Below the pieces are notes generated by a model. The model did no database searches. It worked only from the letters and a program-made list of their open reading frames with translations, and was not told where the DNA came from. Below are positions 11,437 to 21,006 of a stretch of 64,000 nt of DNA, piece by piece. Both the position numbers and the translations under genes were made by a program. This stretch comes from an uncultured Alphaproteobacteria bacterium (GTDB lineage Bacteria > Pseudomonadota > Alphaproteobacteria > HIMB59 > GCA-002718135): assembly GCA_902577425.1 (NCBI GenBank), contig CACGZD010000001.1, positions 638,414 to 702,413 of the forward strand. Direction: 5' to 3'. The number at the start of each line of letters is the position of its first letter. The first letter of the stretch is position 1.

Positions 11437-11465
11437 TTGATTGAATTCTTTAATTTGTCTATAAG
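11437..11465 (+). promoter_or_regulatory. Putative sigma70 promoter of rpmI-rplT
   Basis: TTGATT (11437-42), a 17-bp spacer and TATAAG (11460-65), followed by a GC-rich leader and AAGGAG RBS before ATG 11530. Confidence 0.5.
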
Positions 11466-11529
11466 CTCGCCAAACTTGCTATGGCCTGCGGGGCAGCCTA
11501 GTAGTTAAATTTTTAATCAAGGAGTTTTA

Positions 11530-11730
11530 ATGCCCAAGCTAAAAACAAAAAGTAGTGTAAAAAAACGCTTTTCAAGAACAGGTTCAGGAAAAATTAAATT
11601 TAAGCCTGCTGGCAAACGTCATGGAATGAGTAAAAGAACAAATAAATTTATACGTAACACAAAAAGATCTAGCATTATGTCACCCGGTGACTCTGCATTA
11701 ATTGATCATATGTTACCTTACAATAAATAG
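11530..11730 (+). CDS. rpmI: 50S ribosomal protein L35
   Basis: [14 protein letters not shown]...GKRHGM; located between infC and rplT. Confidence 0.97.
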   Translation: MPKLKTKSSVKKRFSRTGSGKIKFKPAGKRHGMSKRTNKFIRNTKRSSIMSPGDSALIDHMLPYNK

Positions 11731-11739
11731 AGGTAAACT

Positions 11740-12093
11740 ATGGCAAGAGTATCAAGAGGAGTAACCACGCATGCAAGGCACAAAAAAGTAATTAAACGTG
11801 CCAAAGGATATTACGGTAGAAGAAAAAATGTTTTCAGAGTTGCTGTTCAGGCTGTCGAAAGAGCGCAACAATACGCTTATAGAGATAGAAGAAAAAGAAA
11901 AAGTGATTTTAGAGGTCTTTGGATACAACGCATTAATGCAGGTGCAAGAATGCATGGAATGACATATTCTCAGTTTATAAATGGCTTAAAAAAAGCAACT
12001 ATAGAAATTGATAGAAAAAATTTAGCAGAACTAGCAGTAAATCAACCAGATCTTTTTAAAGCTTTAGTAGAAAAAGCTCAATCTGCTAACTAG
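11740..12093 (+). CDS. rplT: 50S ribosomal protein L20
   Basis: MARVSRGV...AKGYYGRR...[23 protein letters not shown]. Confidence 0.98.
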   Translation: MARVSRGVTTHARHKKVIKRAKGYYGRRKNVFRVAVQAVERAQQYAYRDRRKRKSDFRGLWIQRINAGARMHGMTYSQFINGLKKATIEIDRKNLAELAVNQPDLFKALVEKAQSAN

Positions 12094-12128
12094 TCTTTTA
12101 ACGATAGATAATTTATATATATAAAGAT

Positions 12129-13175
12129 ATGTCTATTAAATTAGATAAGCAAATTATATTAGAGGAATTAAAATTAATTTCTTCAATAGACTCCTTAGAA
12201 GCATTAAGGATAAAGTATTTAGGAAAAAAAGGATTAGTCTCTCTAGAGATGAAATCCTTATCTTCTTTATCCATAGATGAAAAAAAAATTAAAGGTCAGG
12301 AGCTAAATACCTTTAAGTCTTTTTTTGAAAAAGAAATTCAAAATAAAAGAATTGAAATTGAAACCTCTTCCATTAATGAAAAATTGCGAAAAGAAAATAT
12401 TGATGCAACTTTACCACCAAGAAATTTTGAAACGGGCAGACTCCATCCTATAAGTCAAACAACTTACAAGATTATTGAAATATTTGGCAATATGGGTTTT
12501 TCGGTCAAAAGTGGACCTGATATTGAAACAGATTTTAATAATTTTACTGCATTAAATATCCCTGACCATCATCCGGCAAGGGAAATGCAAGATACTTTTT
12601 ATTTAGATAAAAAAGTATTAAGAACTCACACCAGTCCAGTACAAGTAAGAACAATGTTGGAAAGTAAGCCACCAATTAGAATTATTGTTCCAGGAAGAAC
12701 TTATAGAAGTGACTCAGATTCAACGCATACTCCTATGTTTCATCAAGTAGAAGGTTTATTAATAGATGAAAAATCAACCATGTCCCATTTAAAAGGATGT
12801 TTAATAGATTTTTTAAAAGAATTTTTTGAAATTAGTGATCTAAAATATAGATTTCGTCCTAGTTATTTTCCTTTTACTGAACCAAGTGCAGAAATGGATA
12901 TCGCATATACAAAAACAAACAATATTCTTAAGTTTGGAGAAGGTGATGAATGGATGGAGATATTGGGTTGTGGAATGGTAAATCCAATTGTTTTAGAAAA
13001 TTGCAAAATAGATTCCAAAAAATTTCAAGGTTTTGCTTTTGGTATGGGAATTGAAAGATTAGCAATGTTAAAATATGGAATTACAGATATCAGAAGTTTT
13101 TATGAAAGTGATTTTAGATGGATTCAACATTATGGCTTTAATCCTTTGGACTTAAATTCTACATCAGGGTTATAA
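12129..13175 (+). CDS. pheS: Phenylalanine--tRNA ligase alpha subunit
   Basis: HPAREMQDTF, LRTHTSPVQVR, FRPSYFPFTEPS and GFAFGMGIERLAM motifs. Confidence 0.98.
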   Translation: MSIKLDKQIILEELKLISSIDSLEALRIKYLGKKGLVSLEMKSLSSLSIDEKKIKGQELNTFKSFFEKEIQNKRIEIETSSINEKLRKENIDATLPPRNFETGRLHPISQTTYKIIEIFGNMGFSVKSGPDIETDFNNFTALNIPDHHPAREMQDTFYLDKKVLRTHTSPVQVRTMLESKPPIRIIVPGRTYRSDSDSTHTPMFHQVEGLLIDEKSTMSHLKGCLIDFLKEFFEISDLKYRFRPSYFPFTEPSAEMDIAYTKTNNILKFGEGDEWMEILGCGMVNPIVLENCKIDSKKFQGFAFGMGIERLAMLKYGITDIRSFYESDFRWIQHYGFNPLDLNSTSGL

Positions 13176-13176
13176 T

Positions 13177-15579
13177 ATGAAATTTACCCTAAGTTGGCTT
13201 AAAGAGCATTTAGAAACAAAAGCTAAAATTGATATCATTACAGATACTTTAACAAATATTGGTTTAGAAGTTGAAAATATTGAAGATAAAGAAAATGATT
13301 ATAAGCATTTTACTATAGCTAAAGTTATTAGTGCTGACAAACATCCTAATGCTGATAGGTTAAAAGTTTGTAAAGTTGAAACTTCCAAAGGAAATGTTCA
13401 AGTTGTATGTGGAGCTCCAAACGCTAAGTCAGGTATGTTTGGCGTATTTGCTCCTAGTGATACTTATATACCTGGCACTAACATTAATCTTAAAAAATCT
13501 GAAATAAGAGGTGTAGAATCAAATGGAATGTTGCTTTCAGAGCGAGAATTAGGAATATCAGATGAACATGATGGCATAATAGAGTTAACAGGAAAACATA
13601 AAATAGGTGATCCCATTGCTTCTATATATGGATTTGATGATCCTGTAATAGAGATAAATTTAACACCGAATAGATCAGATTGCTTATCAGTTAGAGGAAT
13701 AGCAAGAGATCTGGCAGCTGCAGGTTTAGGTACTTTAAAAGAATTAAAAATTAAAAAGATAAAAGGCAGTTTTAAAAGTAATATAAAGTGGGTAAGGAAA
13801 TTTAAAAAAGATGAAGAGTATTTATGTCCTGGTGTAGCAGGTCGATTATTTAAAAATGTTAAAAATAGTCAAAGTCCTGAATGGTTAAAAAGAAGATTAA
13901 CACTTATTGGATTAAGACCTATCAGTACCTTAGTAGATATCACTAATTATGTAACTTTTGATCTTGGTCGTCCACTCCATGTTTATGATGCTAGTAAATT
14001 AAGTGGCAACTTAGTAATGCGTAAATCTGAAAATAAAGAAAAATGCAAAACCTTAGATGATAAGGAATATATTTTATCTGATGAAATGGTTGTTATAAGT
14101 GATGATAAATCTTTGCACGGTATAGGAGGAGTAATGGGTGGCTTAAATAGTGGTTGCTCAGAAAATACAACTGATGTTTTTTTAGAAGTAGCTCTTTTTG
14201 ATCCAATTAGTGTAACCAAAACTGGTAGAAAATTAAATTTACAGAGTGATGCACGGTACCGATTTGAAAGAGGTTTAGATTATACTTCAATTGATTGGGG
14301 AGTAGATATAGCAACACAAATGATTCTTGATTTATGTGGAGGTGAAACTAGTGAAATTGTTGCTGACAAATTAGATGGTCCAAAATCAAAAACTATTAAT
14401 TTTAATACTACACTTACTAAAACATATGGTGGTATTAATATTTCAGAAGATCAACAAAAAATAATTTTAGAAAAATTAGGTTTTTTAGTTAGTGGTAAAG
14501 ATAAAAAAATTTTTAAAATTACTATACCATCTTTTCGACCTGATATTGCATCATCAGCAGATATAGTTGAAGAAATACTTAGAATTTATGGATTTGATAA
14601 AATTGAACCCACTTCCTTACAAAAAGATGAAGGCAATACAGATGAAATTCTAAGTCCTAAATTAAAAAGTTTTTTTAAATCTAGACGATTAATAGCTAAC
14701 AGAGGTTACTTAGAAACTGTCACTTGGTCTTTTATGGATTCAAAAAATGCTGATTTTTTAAATAATAATTCATCTATAAAAATTAAAAATCCTATAAGTG
14801 TTGAGATGGATGCAATGCGACCTTCTACATTTCCTAACTTATTGAATTCAATAAATTTCAATATTTCAAAATTATTTACTGAAGGCAAAGTATTTGAGGT
14901 AGGTCCAAATTTTCATGGATTAGAAGAAGAAGATCAACAAATGGTTGCAACTGGTATTCATTATGGTTTTGATAGTTCAATTTCTTGGAACAAAAAACAA
15001 AGATCTGTTGATATTTATGATGTGAAAAGTGATGTTTTTTATATTTTAGATCAATTAAATGTTCCAGTAGAGAATTTGCAATATGATAAAATAGATAATA
15101 ATATTTATCATCCAGGTAAATCTACAAAACTGAGATTAGGCAGAAATACAATTGCGACCTTTGGAGAAATAAGTCCTTTATTATTAAATAGATTTAATAT
15201 TAAAACTTTAGTGTGTGGCTTTGAAATATATTTAGATGAACTTGATCAATTTCAAACGAAAAAAACTTCAACTAAAAAAAGTTTTGATAATAATTCTTTA
15301 CAGAAAATTGAAAGAGATTTTGCTTTTCTTTTTCCTTTAAAAATTCAAGCTATAGATATAATTAATGCTGTTAGAAAAATTGATAAAAAAATAATTAAAA
15401 ATGTCATTATCTTTGATGTTTTTGAAGGAAAGAATTTATCTGATAGTAAAAAAAGTATAGCATTCAAGGTTATAATGCAGCCTCAAGAAAAGACATTCAC
15501 AGATGCTGAAATTGAAAACCTATCTACTAATATTATTGATCTTATATCAAAATCATTTGATGGTGAATTAAGACAATAA
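13177..15579 (+). CDS. pheT: Phenylalanine--tRNA ligase beta subunit
   Basis: [34 protein letters not shown], and a C-terminal anticodon-binding domain. Confidence 0.98.
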   Translation: MKFTLSWLKEHLETKAKIDIITDTLTNIGLEVENIEDKENDYKHFTIAKVISADKHPNADRLKVCKVETSKGNVQVVCGAPNAKSGMFGVFAPSDTYIPGTNINLKKSEIRGVESNGMLLSERELGISDEHDGIIELTGKHKIGDPIASIYGFDDPVIEINLTPNRSDCLSVRGIARDLAAAGLGTLKELKIKKIKGSFKSNIKWVRKFKKDEEYLCPGVAGRLFKNVKNSQSPEWLKRRLTLIGLRPISTLVDITNYVTFDLGRPLHVYDASKLSGNLVMRKSENKEKCKTLDDKEYILSDEMVVISDDKSLHGIGGVMGGLNSGCSENTTDVFLEVALFDPISVTKTGRKLNLQSDARYRFERGLDYTSIDWGVDIATQMILDLCGGETSEIVADKLDGPKSKTINFNTTLTKTYGGINISEDQQKIILEKLGFLVSGKDKKIFKITIPSFRPDIASSADIVEEILRIYGFDKIEPTSLQKDEGNTDEILSPKLKSFFKSRRLIANRGYLETVTWSFMDSKNADFLNNNSSIKIKNPISVEMDAMRPSTFPNLLNSINFNISKLFTEGKVFEVGPNFHGLEEEDQQMVATGIHYGFDSSISWNKKQRSVDIYDVKSDVFYILDQLNVPVENLQYDKIDNNIYHPGKSTKLRLGRNTIATFGEISPLLLNRFNIKTLVCGFEIYLDELDQFQTKKTSTKKSFDNNSLQKIERDFAFLFPLKIQAIDIINAVRKIDKKIIKNVIIFDVFEGKNLSDSKKSIAFKVIMQPQEKTFTDAEIENLSTNIIDLISKSFDGELRQ

Positions 15580-17381
15580 TGACAGAATTAAAAAATTTAA
15601 GAAATTTTTCTATAGTTGCGCATATAGATCATGGCAAGTCTACCTTGGCTGATAGATTAATTCAATTTTGTGGAGGATTATCAGATAGAGAAATGAAAGA
15701 ACAAGTATTGGATTCTATGGAACTTGAGAGAGAGCGAGGTATAACTATAAAAGCTCAAACTGTTAGACTAAAATATCAAGGAGATGATGGTAATAATTAT
15801 ATTTTAAATCTAATGGATACTCCAGGACACGTTGATTTTTCTTATGAAGTATCAAGATCTCTAGCTGCGTGTGAAGGCTCAATATTAATTGTAGATTCTA
15901 CACAAGGAGTAGAAGCCCAAACATTAGCAAATGCTTATCAAGCTATTAATAATGATCATGAAATTGTTCCAGTTTTGAATAAGATTGACTTACCATCTTC
16001 TGAACCCGATAGAATTAAAGATCAAATAGAAGAAATTCTTGGAATAGACTCTCAAGAAGCTGCTTTAGTATCTGCTAAAACAGGTGACGGGATAAAAGAT
16101 TTGTTAGAAAAAATAATAAAGAAACTACCATCACCTTCAGGAAATGAAAGCGACCCATTGAAATGTATGTTGGTAGATAGTTGGTATGATAGTTATCTAG
16201 GAGTTGTAGTTTTAGTAAGAGTCATTGATGGCAAGTTAAGTAAAAATCAAAAAATTCGTTTCATGGCTGCTGGGGTAACTCACACTATAGATAGAGTAGG
16301 AATATTTTCACCTAAAGCAGAAGAAGTAGATTCTTTAGGTCCTGGAGAAATTGGTTTTATTAACTCTGGAATCAAAAGTGTTTCAGATTGTAAAGTTGGA
16401 GATACAATTACTGAGGAGAAAAATCCTGCTAAAGATCCACTACCTGGTTTTAAACCTTCGCAGCCAGTTGTTTTTTGTGGCATGTTTCCTGTAGACTCAG
16501 ATGATTATGAACATTTAAGAGATAGTATGGTGAAATTAGCATTAAATGATTCTAGTTTTTCTTATGAGCCAGAAGTTAGTCCTGCTCTTGGTTATGGCTT
16601 TAGGTGTGGTTTTCTCGGTTTGCTTCATCTAGAGATAATTCGGGACAGATTTGAAATAGAGTTTAATTTAGAATTAGTTACTACGGCACCTTCTGTTGTT
16701 TATAAAGTTAATATGAATGATGGAAGTGTAATTGATTTGCATAACCCTACAGATATGCCTGATCCAGTAAAAATAAACAACATCGAAGAGCCATGGATCA
16801 AAGCTACAATTTTGGTTCCTGATGAATATCTTGGACCAGTATTAGAATTATGCACTTCAAAAAGAGGAATTCAAAAAAATCTTAGTTATGTTGGGACTAG
16901 AGCATTGGTTGAATATAAATTACCTCTCAATGAGGTAGTTTTTGATTTTTATGATCGTCTTAAATCCATAACAAAAGGTTATGCTAGTTTTGACTATGAA
17001 ATGACAGGTTATGAAGTAAATGATTTGGTAAAAGTTTCTATTTTGATTAATGGAGAGCCTGTAGATGCCCTGTCATTAATTGTACATCGAGATAGATCAC
17101 AATCAAGAGGCAGGACTCTTTGTTCTAGATTAAAAGATTTAATTCCAAGACAACAATTTAAAGTTGCAATTCAAGCTGCCATAGGTGGTAAAATTATTGC
17201 GCGTGAGACGGTTGCTTCATTTAGAAAAGATGTTACGCAAAAATTATATGGCGGTGATGTTACAAGAAAGAATAAATTATTAGATAAACAAAAAAAAGGA
17301 AAAAAGAGAATGAAGCAATTTGGTAAAGTAGATATTCCTCAAAATGCTTTTTTAAATGCTCTTAAAATGAATGAAAACTAG
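15579..17381 (+). CDS. lepA: Elongation factor 4 (LepA)
   Basis: [39 protein letters not shown] and KCYGGD-like LYGGDVTRK; normal C-terminus. Confidence 0.98.
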   Translation: MTELKNLRNFSIVAHIDHGKSTLADRLIQFCGGLSDREMKEQVLDSMELERERGITIKAQTVRLKYQGDDGNNYILNLMDTPGHVDFSYEVSRSLAACEGSILIVDSTQGVEAQTLANAYQAINNDHEIVPVLNKIDLPSSEPDRIKDQIEEILGIDSQEAALVSAKTGDGIKDLLEKIIKKLPSPSGNESDPLKCMLVDSWYDSYLGVVVLVRVIDGKLSKNQKIRFMAAGVTHTIDRVGIFSPKAEEVDSLGPGEIGFINSGIKSVSDCKVGDTITEEKNPAKDPLPGFKPSQPVVFCGMFPVDSDDYEHLRDSMVKLALNDSSFSYEPEVSPALGYGFRCGFLGLLHLEIIRDRFEIEFNLELVTTAPSVVYKVNMNDGSVIDLHNPTDMPDPVKINNIEEPWIKATILVPDEYLGPVLELCTSKRGIQKNLSYVGTRALVEYKLPLNEVVFDFYDRLKSITKGYASFDYEMTGYEVNDLVKVSILINGEPVDALSLIVHRDRSQSRGRTLCSRLKDLIPRQQFKVAIQAAIGGKIIARETVASFRKDVTQKLYGGDVTRKNKLLDKQKKGKKRMKQFGKVDIPQNAFLNALKMNEN

Positions 17382-17382
17382 T

Positions 17383-17427
17383 CTACGGATCTGGAGGTTA
17401 GGAGTTCGACTCTTCTCGGGCGCGCCA
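17383..17427 (+). pseudogene. 3' half of tRNA-Arg(ACG) (att-like fragment 1); 5' half absent
   Basis: CTACGGA anticodon loop, TCTGG, T-arm AGGAG-TTCGACT-CTTCT and CGGGCGC-GCCA. It starts 1 bp after the lepA stop; there is no D-arm or 5' acceptor strand upstream. Confidence 0.9.
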
Positions 17428-17473
17428 AGTAAAGTGGGAAATTTATCTACTGTTCCGTTTTGAAAATTCCTAT

Positions 17474-17495
17474 TCGGAACACTTACGGACCACTT
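17474..17495. repeat. Tandem 11-bp arm-type repeat (tRNA-distal side of Arg fragment 1)
   Basis: TCGGAACACTTACGGACCACTT is 17/22 identical to the Ser-module motif TCGGCGCACATACGGCGCACTT. An inverted half (TGTTCCG) lies 17 bp upstream. Confidence 0.72.
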
Positions 17496-17557
17496 CGTAT
17501 TCAAAAATTACTTTTTACGTATCAACTTTTCTTACTATTGGTGCTAAGACAGTTGTA

Positions 17558-18718
17558 ATGAAAAAAGAAACTGGCTACTGGTTGTTTAATTGTAATCCTG
17601 CAATATGGGATATTAAATCAAGGCTTCAAAGTAAAATTACAAAGGAAGATTGGGGAATTCCTAATAATAGAGTTAAACAATTTAAAAAAGGACAACTAGG
17701 ATTTATCAGAGTCGCGTTAGACACAAGACCTAAGAGACTTGTAAATAAAAAACTATTATCTGGTTTTTATGCTTTAGTAGAAATTGTAGACGAACCTTTT
17801 TATGGAAAAACAAAAAATCCTAAATTGTTTTTTAAGCCTACCAAATATACCCAAAAAGTTAAAAATGTTGAATTAAAAACACATTGGAGAGTTCCTATAA
17901 ATATTACAGAAAGTTTTTTAAACTCACCAATACTTATTTCAGATTTAAAAAATACTGAATTTAATTTTGATAAAGGAGTATTTCAACCAGGACAAGGAAT
18001 TTCAGTTAGACCAATAGAAAGAAAATCTTTTTTTGAACTTCTTAAAATGACTGGCAAAAAAGATAAATTATGGATTGAAGACATTAAGGAGGCGTTTAAT
18101 AGTCTTGGAAGAGAAGCGTCTTTAAAGGAAATTTATTCTGAAGTAAAAAAAATAAGAAAAAATATAAATCTCAATCAAGACTGGCAAGCAATTGTTCGAA
18201 GAGAAATAGGAGAAAATTCTTCAGATACAAAATATTGGAAAAAAAAATCTGATTTATTTTATAACGTATATGGACTTGGCGAAGGGTATTGGGGTTTAAG
18301 AAGTTTCGCAAATGATCCCAAAATAATTAAAAATTACAAAAAACAATTTGAAAAAAAAGTAAATAACAATTTAAAACTATCTGCTGCAGAACTTAAAAAA
18401 AGAGCAAACAAAAGTTTAAAAGTTAAAGTAAAAAATACTCAAACCAAATATTTTAATAGAGATGATTATGTTGAGGCTTATGTAAAAAAAATTGCAAAAG
18501 GTAAATGTGATTTATGTGAAAAAAATGCGCCTTTTAAAAAGAAAAAAACAAATGAGCCGTACCTAGAGTGTCATCATGTTAAGTGGCTTTCTAAAGGGGG
18601 AAAAGATATTATTGAAAATGCAGTAGCTCTTTGCCCCAATTGTCATAGAAAAATGCACTCATTAAGCCTTAACAAAGATATTAAAAAACTATTTGAAAAA
18701 ATAAATACTCGGCAATAA
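17558..18718 (+). CDS. EVE-domain + winged-helix + McrA-like HNH endonuclease (putative modification-dependent, type IV restriction enzyme)
   Basis: N-terminal YWLFNCNPAIWD...WGI...KGQLGF (EVE-like), central WIEDIKEAFNSLGREASLKEIY...GYWGLR (wHTH-like), and C-terminal CDLC...EPYLECHHVKWLSKGGKDIIENAVALCPNCHRKMH (McrA-type HNH). Confidence 0.8.
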   Translation: MKKETGYWLFNCNPAIWDIKSRLQSKITKEDWGIPNNRVKQFKKGQLGFIRVALDTRPKRLVNKKLLSGFYALVEIVDEPFYGKTKNPKLFFKPTKYTQKVKNVELKTHWRVPINITESFLNSPILISDLKNTEFNFDKGVFQPGQGISVRPIERKSFFELLKMTGKKDKLWIEDIKEAFNSLGREASLKEIYSEVKKIRKNINLNQDWQAIVRREIGENSSDTKYWKKKSDLFYNVYGLGEGYWGLRSFANDPKIIKNYKKQFEKKVNNNLKLSAAELKKRANKSLKVKVKNTQTKYFNRDDYVEAYVKKIAKGKCDLCEKNAPFKKKKTNEPYLECHHVKWLSKGGKDIIENAVALCPNCHRKMHSLSLNKDIKKLFEKINTRQ

Positions 18719-18729
18719 TTTTTTATATC

Positions 18730-18753
18730 CCAGTGCAAATTCGTAACACTTCA
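18730..18753. repeat. Orphan arm-type repeat between the HNH and YdjM-like genes
   Basis: GTGCAAATTCGTAACACTTCA (18733-53) is 18/21 identical to 19985-20005; no tRNA fragment follows it. Confidence 0.65.
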
Positions 18754-18754
18754 C

Positions 18755-19957
18755 TCAGAAATTCAAAGCAAAAATTAGATAGGGTGTGTCATAAGCTGGG
18801 CAATTAGTTACAATTTCAATTGATTTTTTTGCAAGTTTGTACTTACTAACTTCCCCATTACACATGCTTTTATTATCTTCTTTGTGATCAATTATTTTGA
18901 TTTTATTCTCTATAAAAGAAAAAACTGAATAAGTATTATGTCTAATATGAGCTGAACCTTGAGGTTGAGAGAAAGTAGAAATTAAATAATTATTTTCATT
19001 AAGTTTTAATAAAATTTCAGTATCCAATTGCTCTATCTCATTTTGCCAATCAATCTCATATATTGATTTATTAACAATATTATAAAGTTTAGACCTATCA
19101 AAGGATTTTAAGTCAATTTCTTGGTTATTGCTAAAGCAACAATCATAATTGTGAACCATATATGTTATAATTTTAGGATCAAAATTATTAATAGTTATGT
19201 TTTGGTTTGGACCAATCGTAGAATAATCTTTAAATTTTTGATAATCGTTAAATAATGTTACTCCATAATAAACGAAAAACAATACTATTAATAAAATTGA
19301 TAAATAAAAAATAAATTTAAAAAATTTGTAAACACCAGAAAAAAAACTATTTACTTTACGCTTTGCTATTTGAAGATTTTGAGTTGATTTTTCAGTGACA
19401 CTACTCAACTTTGGGAAATAGCTAAATATTTTTTTTTCACCAAAATAATCTACTGTTAATACTGCTATTGGTATCATTCGTATATCTTCTCCTTTAAGAA
19501 AGTATAAAAGAATACATATTCCCGCAGTAAGGTAGAAGTGATATGGATAAAACGAAAAACTATTTTCTTTAATTATTTTTAAGCAAAAATAACCACACGC
19601 TATTACATTTGCAAATATCCAAATAGGACTAAGCGGACCTATCCAACCAATAAATGGAACGCTGATTAAAGCATAACCTTTCCATGATTTGGGAAACAGA
19701 TCTGCAGATAGGTGGACCATAAATGCGAAATATATTGCAGCAATAATTAAAGGATATTGTTTTGAAGAGTATTTTTTTGAATAATAATCAATTAAAAAAG
19801 GTATAAAAATGCTGTGTGTTACAATTGAGCGATGAAGTAATAATTTTCCTGTAGCTAAATCCCAATCAGGTATACTTACAGTTACTAGTGCAATAAAAAA
19901 GAAAAATATACTTGAGCCAGTTTTTTTACCAAAGTTCTTTTCTAAATACTCAATCAT
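18755..19957 (-). CDS. YdjM-like membrane metal-dependent hydrolase with a C-terminal soluble domain
   Basis: IPDWD, HRSIVTHS and HLSADL motifs in a multi-TM N-terminal half, then a basic linker, one TM helix and a hydrophilic C-terminus. Confidence 0.65.
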   Translation of the reverse strand: MIEYLEKNFGKKTGSSIFFFFIALVTVSIPDWDLATGKLLLHRSIVTHSIFIPFLIDYYSKKYSSKQYPLIIAAIYFAFMVHLSADLFPKSWKGYALISVPFIGWIGPLSPIWIFANVIACGYFCLKIIKENSFSFYPYHFYLTAGICILLYFLKGEDIRMIPIAVLTVDYFGEKKIFSYFPKLSSVTEKSTQNLQIAKRKVNSFFSGVYKFFKFIFYLSILLIVLFFVYYGVTLFNDYQKFKDYSTIGPNQNITINNFDPKIITYMVHNYDCCFSNNQEIDLKSFDRSKLYNIVNKSIYEIDWQNEIEQLDTEILLKLNENNYLISTFSQPQGSAHIRHNTYSVFSFIENKIKIIDHKEDNKSMCNGEVSKYKLAKKSIEIVTNCPAYDTPYLIFALNF

Positions 19958-19981
19958 TTTATAAACTTATAACTAAACTTT

Positions 19982-20005
19982 GTGGTGCAAATTTGGAACA
20001 CTACA
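19982..20005. repeat. Tandem 11-bp arm-type repeat (upstream of Arg fragment 2)
   Basis: TGGTGCAAATT-TGGAACACTAC shows an 11-bp period. The second CAC (19999) is 86 bp before the anticodon loop at 20085. Confidence 0.68.
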
Positions 20006-20084
20006 GAATCATTTTTTTTCACTTAACGAATGATTTTTCCCGTAATTCCGTATATGTAATACAATCTGGTGCACGGGACACGGA

Positions 20085-20129
20085 CTACGGATCTGGAGGT
20101 TAGGAATTCGACTCTTCTCGGGCGCGCCA
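20085..20129 (+). pseudogene. 3' half of tRNA-Arg(ACG) (att-like fragment 2), decaying
   Basis: Same as 17383-17427 except that G53 is changed to A (AGGAA-TTCG), breaking the invariant G53-C61 pair; no 5' half. Confidence 0.9.
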
Positions 20130-20175
20130 TATAAACTGTCAAAAACTTAATTTTAAAAAATTATTAATTAAAAAA

Positions 20176-20197
20176 AAGTGTGCCGTTTGTGCACTTT
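20176..20197. repeat. Arm-type repeat after Arg fragment 2 (largely inverted)
   Basis: The reverse complement of 20176-94 is GTGCACAAACGGCACACTT, 16/19 identical to GCGCACATACGGCGCACTT. The following ~35 bp resemble those after 17495. Confidence 0.68.
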
Positions 20198-20243
20198 CGT
20201 ATTTAGAAATACTATTTTGGATTCAACATTCCTCTTAGAAGAA

Positions 20244-20990
20244 TTATTTTATTTTTTTATTAAAAACCACAGGCATTTTGCCTTTCCACTGAATCCAAAG
20301 GTTAGGTTGTTCAATGCACTCACACATAAAATGAGCGACGTTTGCTCGCGTAGTAGTAAGTCCATTAAAAATAGTTTGAGGAGGTGTCGTTACTACTTCA
20401 TAGTTCGAAATTTCAGCATTAATGAGTCCGTCTGGTCGGACCACTACCCATTCAATAAATTCATTTTCTGAACCAATGTTATCTCTCAAAAAAGCAGCGG
20501 AGGCTTCATTATCATAATGTGGTGGTATGAGGTTGCGTAACAGAGATAAAATAACTTTTTCGCTCGTGGTTACTCTCTCACCAGGATTGCGATTACCTAC
20601 GGTGTTCATTAATAAAAATTTTGTTTTATCTAGAGAATGAGTAGCCTTAATAGCTACACATAGACGTTTGACTGCTTCCAGAACAAGCGTTCTGGGTTTG
20701 CCAAATATTCCTTTAAAACTCATTGTGTGACCTAAGCAGGAAGCCACAGCAGCACAACCTTTTACGGCTTCCAACATTTGTTCGTCACTCAGATCAAGCA
20801 AACTTGCTTTTATGATTTTAAGCTTTGGATTTTCAAGAAGTTCTTGTGGAAATTTATCGAGTGACCGAACAATAATTCGAAGGTTATAGCCGCGGACAAG
20901 AAGCTGTTTTACAAGAGGGAAACCAGTATTTCCTGTGGCTCCAACCACTAAAACTGTTTTAAAATTTGAATTGGTTTTTTCGGTTGTCAT
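20244..20990 (-). CDS. NAD(P)H-binding atypical SDR (BVR-B/flavin reductase-like)
   Basis: VLVVGATGNTG, VASCLG, WVVVRPDGL and TTRANVAHFM motifs. Confidence 0.85.
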   Translation of the reverse strand: MTTEKTNSNFKTVLVVGATGNTGFPLVKQLLVRGYNLRIIVRSLDKFPQELLENPKLKIIKASLLDLSDEQMLEAVKGCAAVASCLGHTMSFKGIFGKPRTLVLEAVKRLCVAIKATHSLDKTKFLLMNTVGNRNPGERVTTSEKVILSLLRNLIPPHYDNEASAAFLRDNIGSENEFIEWVVVRPDGLINAEISNYEVVTTPPQTIFNGLTTTRANVAHFMCECIEQPNLWIQWKGKMPVVFNKKIK

Positions 20991-21006
20991 TTACCGGGCA
21001 TATAGA

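Larger units (their letters stand above)
17383..20129. mobile_element. Integrase-less cassette bounded by direct repeats of the tRNA-Arg(ACG) 3' half (Arg module 1)
   Basis: 45-bp direct repeats (44/45 identical), period 2702 bp, with arm-type repeats inside both ends and two cargo genes. Confidence 0.75.

Noticed and set aside
17350-17427. Complete tRNA-Arg overlapping the lepA 3' end
   Set aside because: Upstream bases give at most a partial anticodon stem. There is no D-arm and no strand complementary to CGGGCGC.
19912-20471. Plus-strand ORFs 19912-20103 and 20178-20471
   Set aside because: They run across att arms and the tRNA fragment or lie antisense to real genes, with no recognisable motifs.
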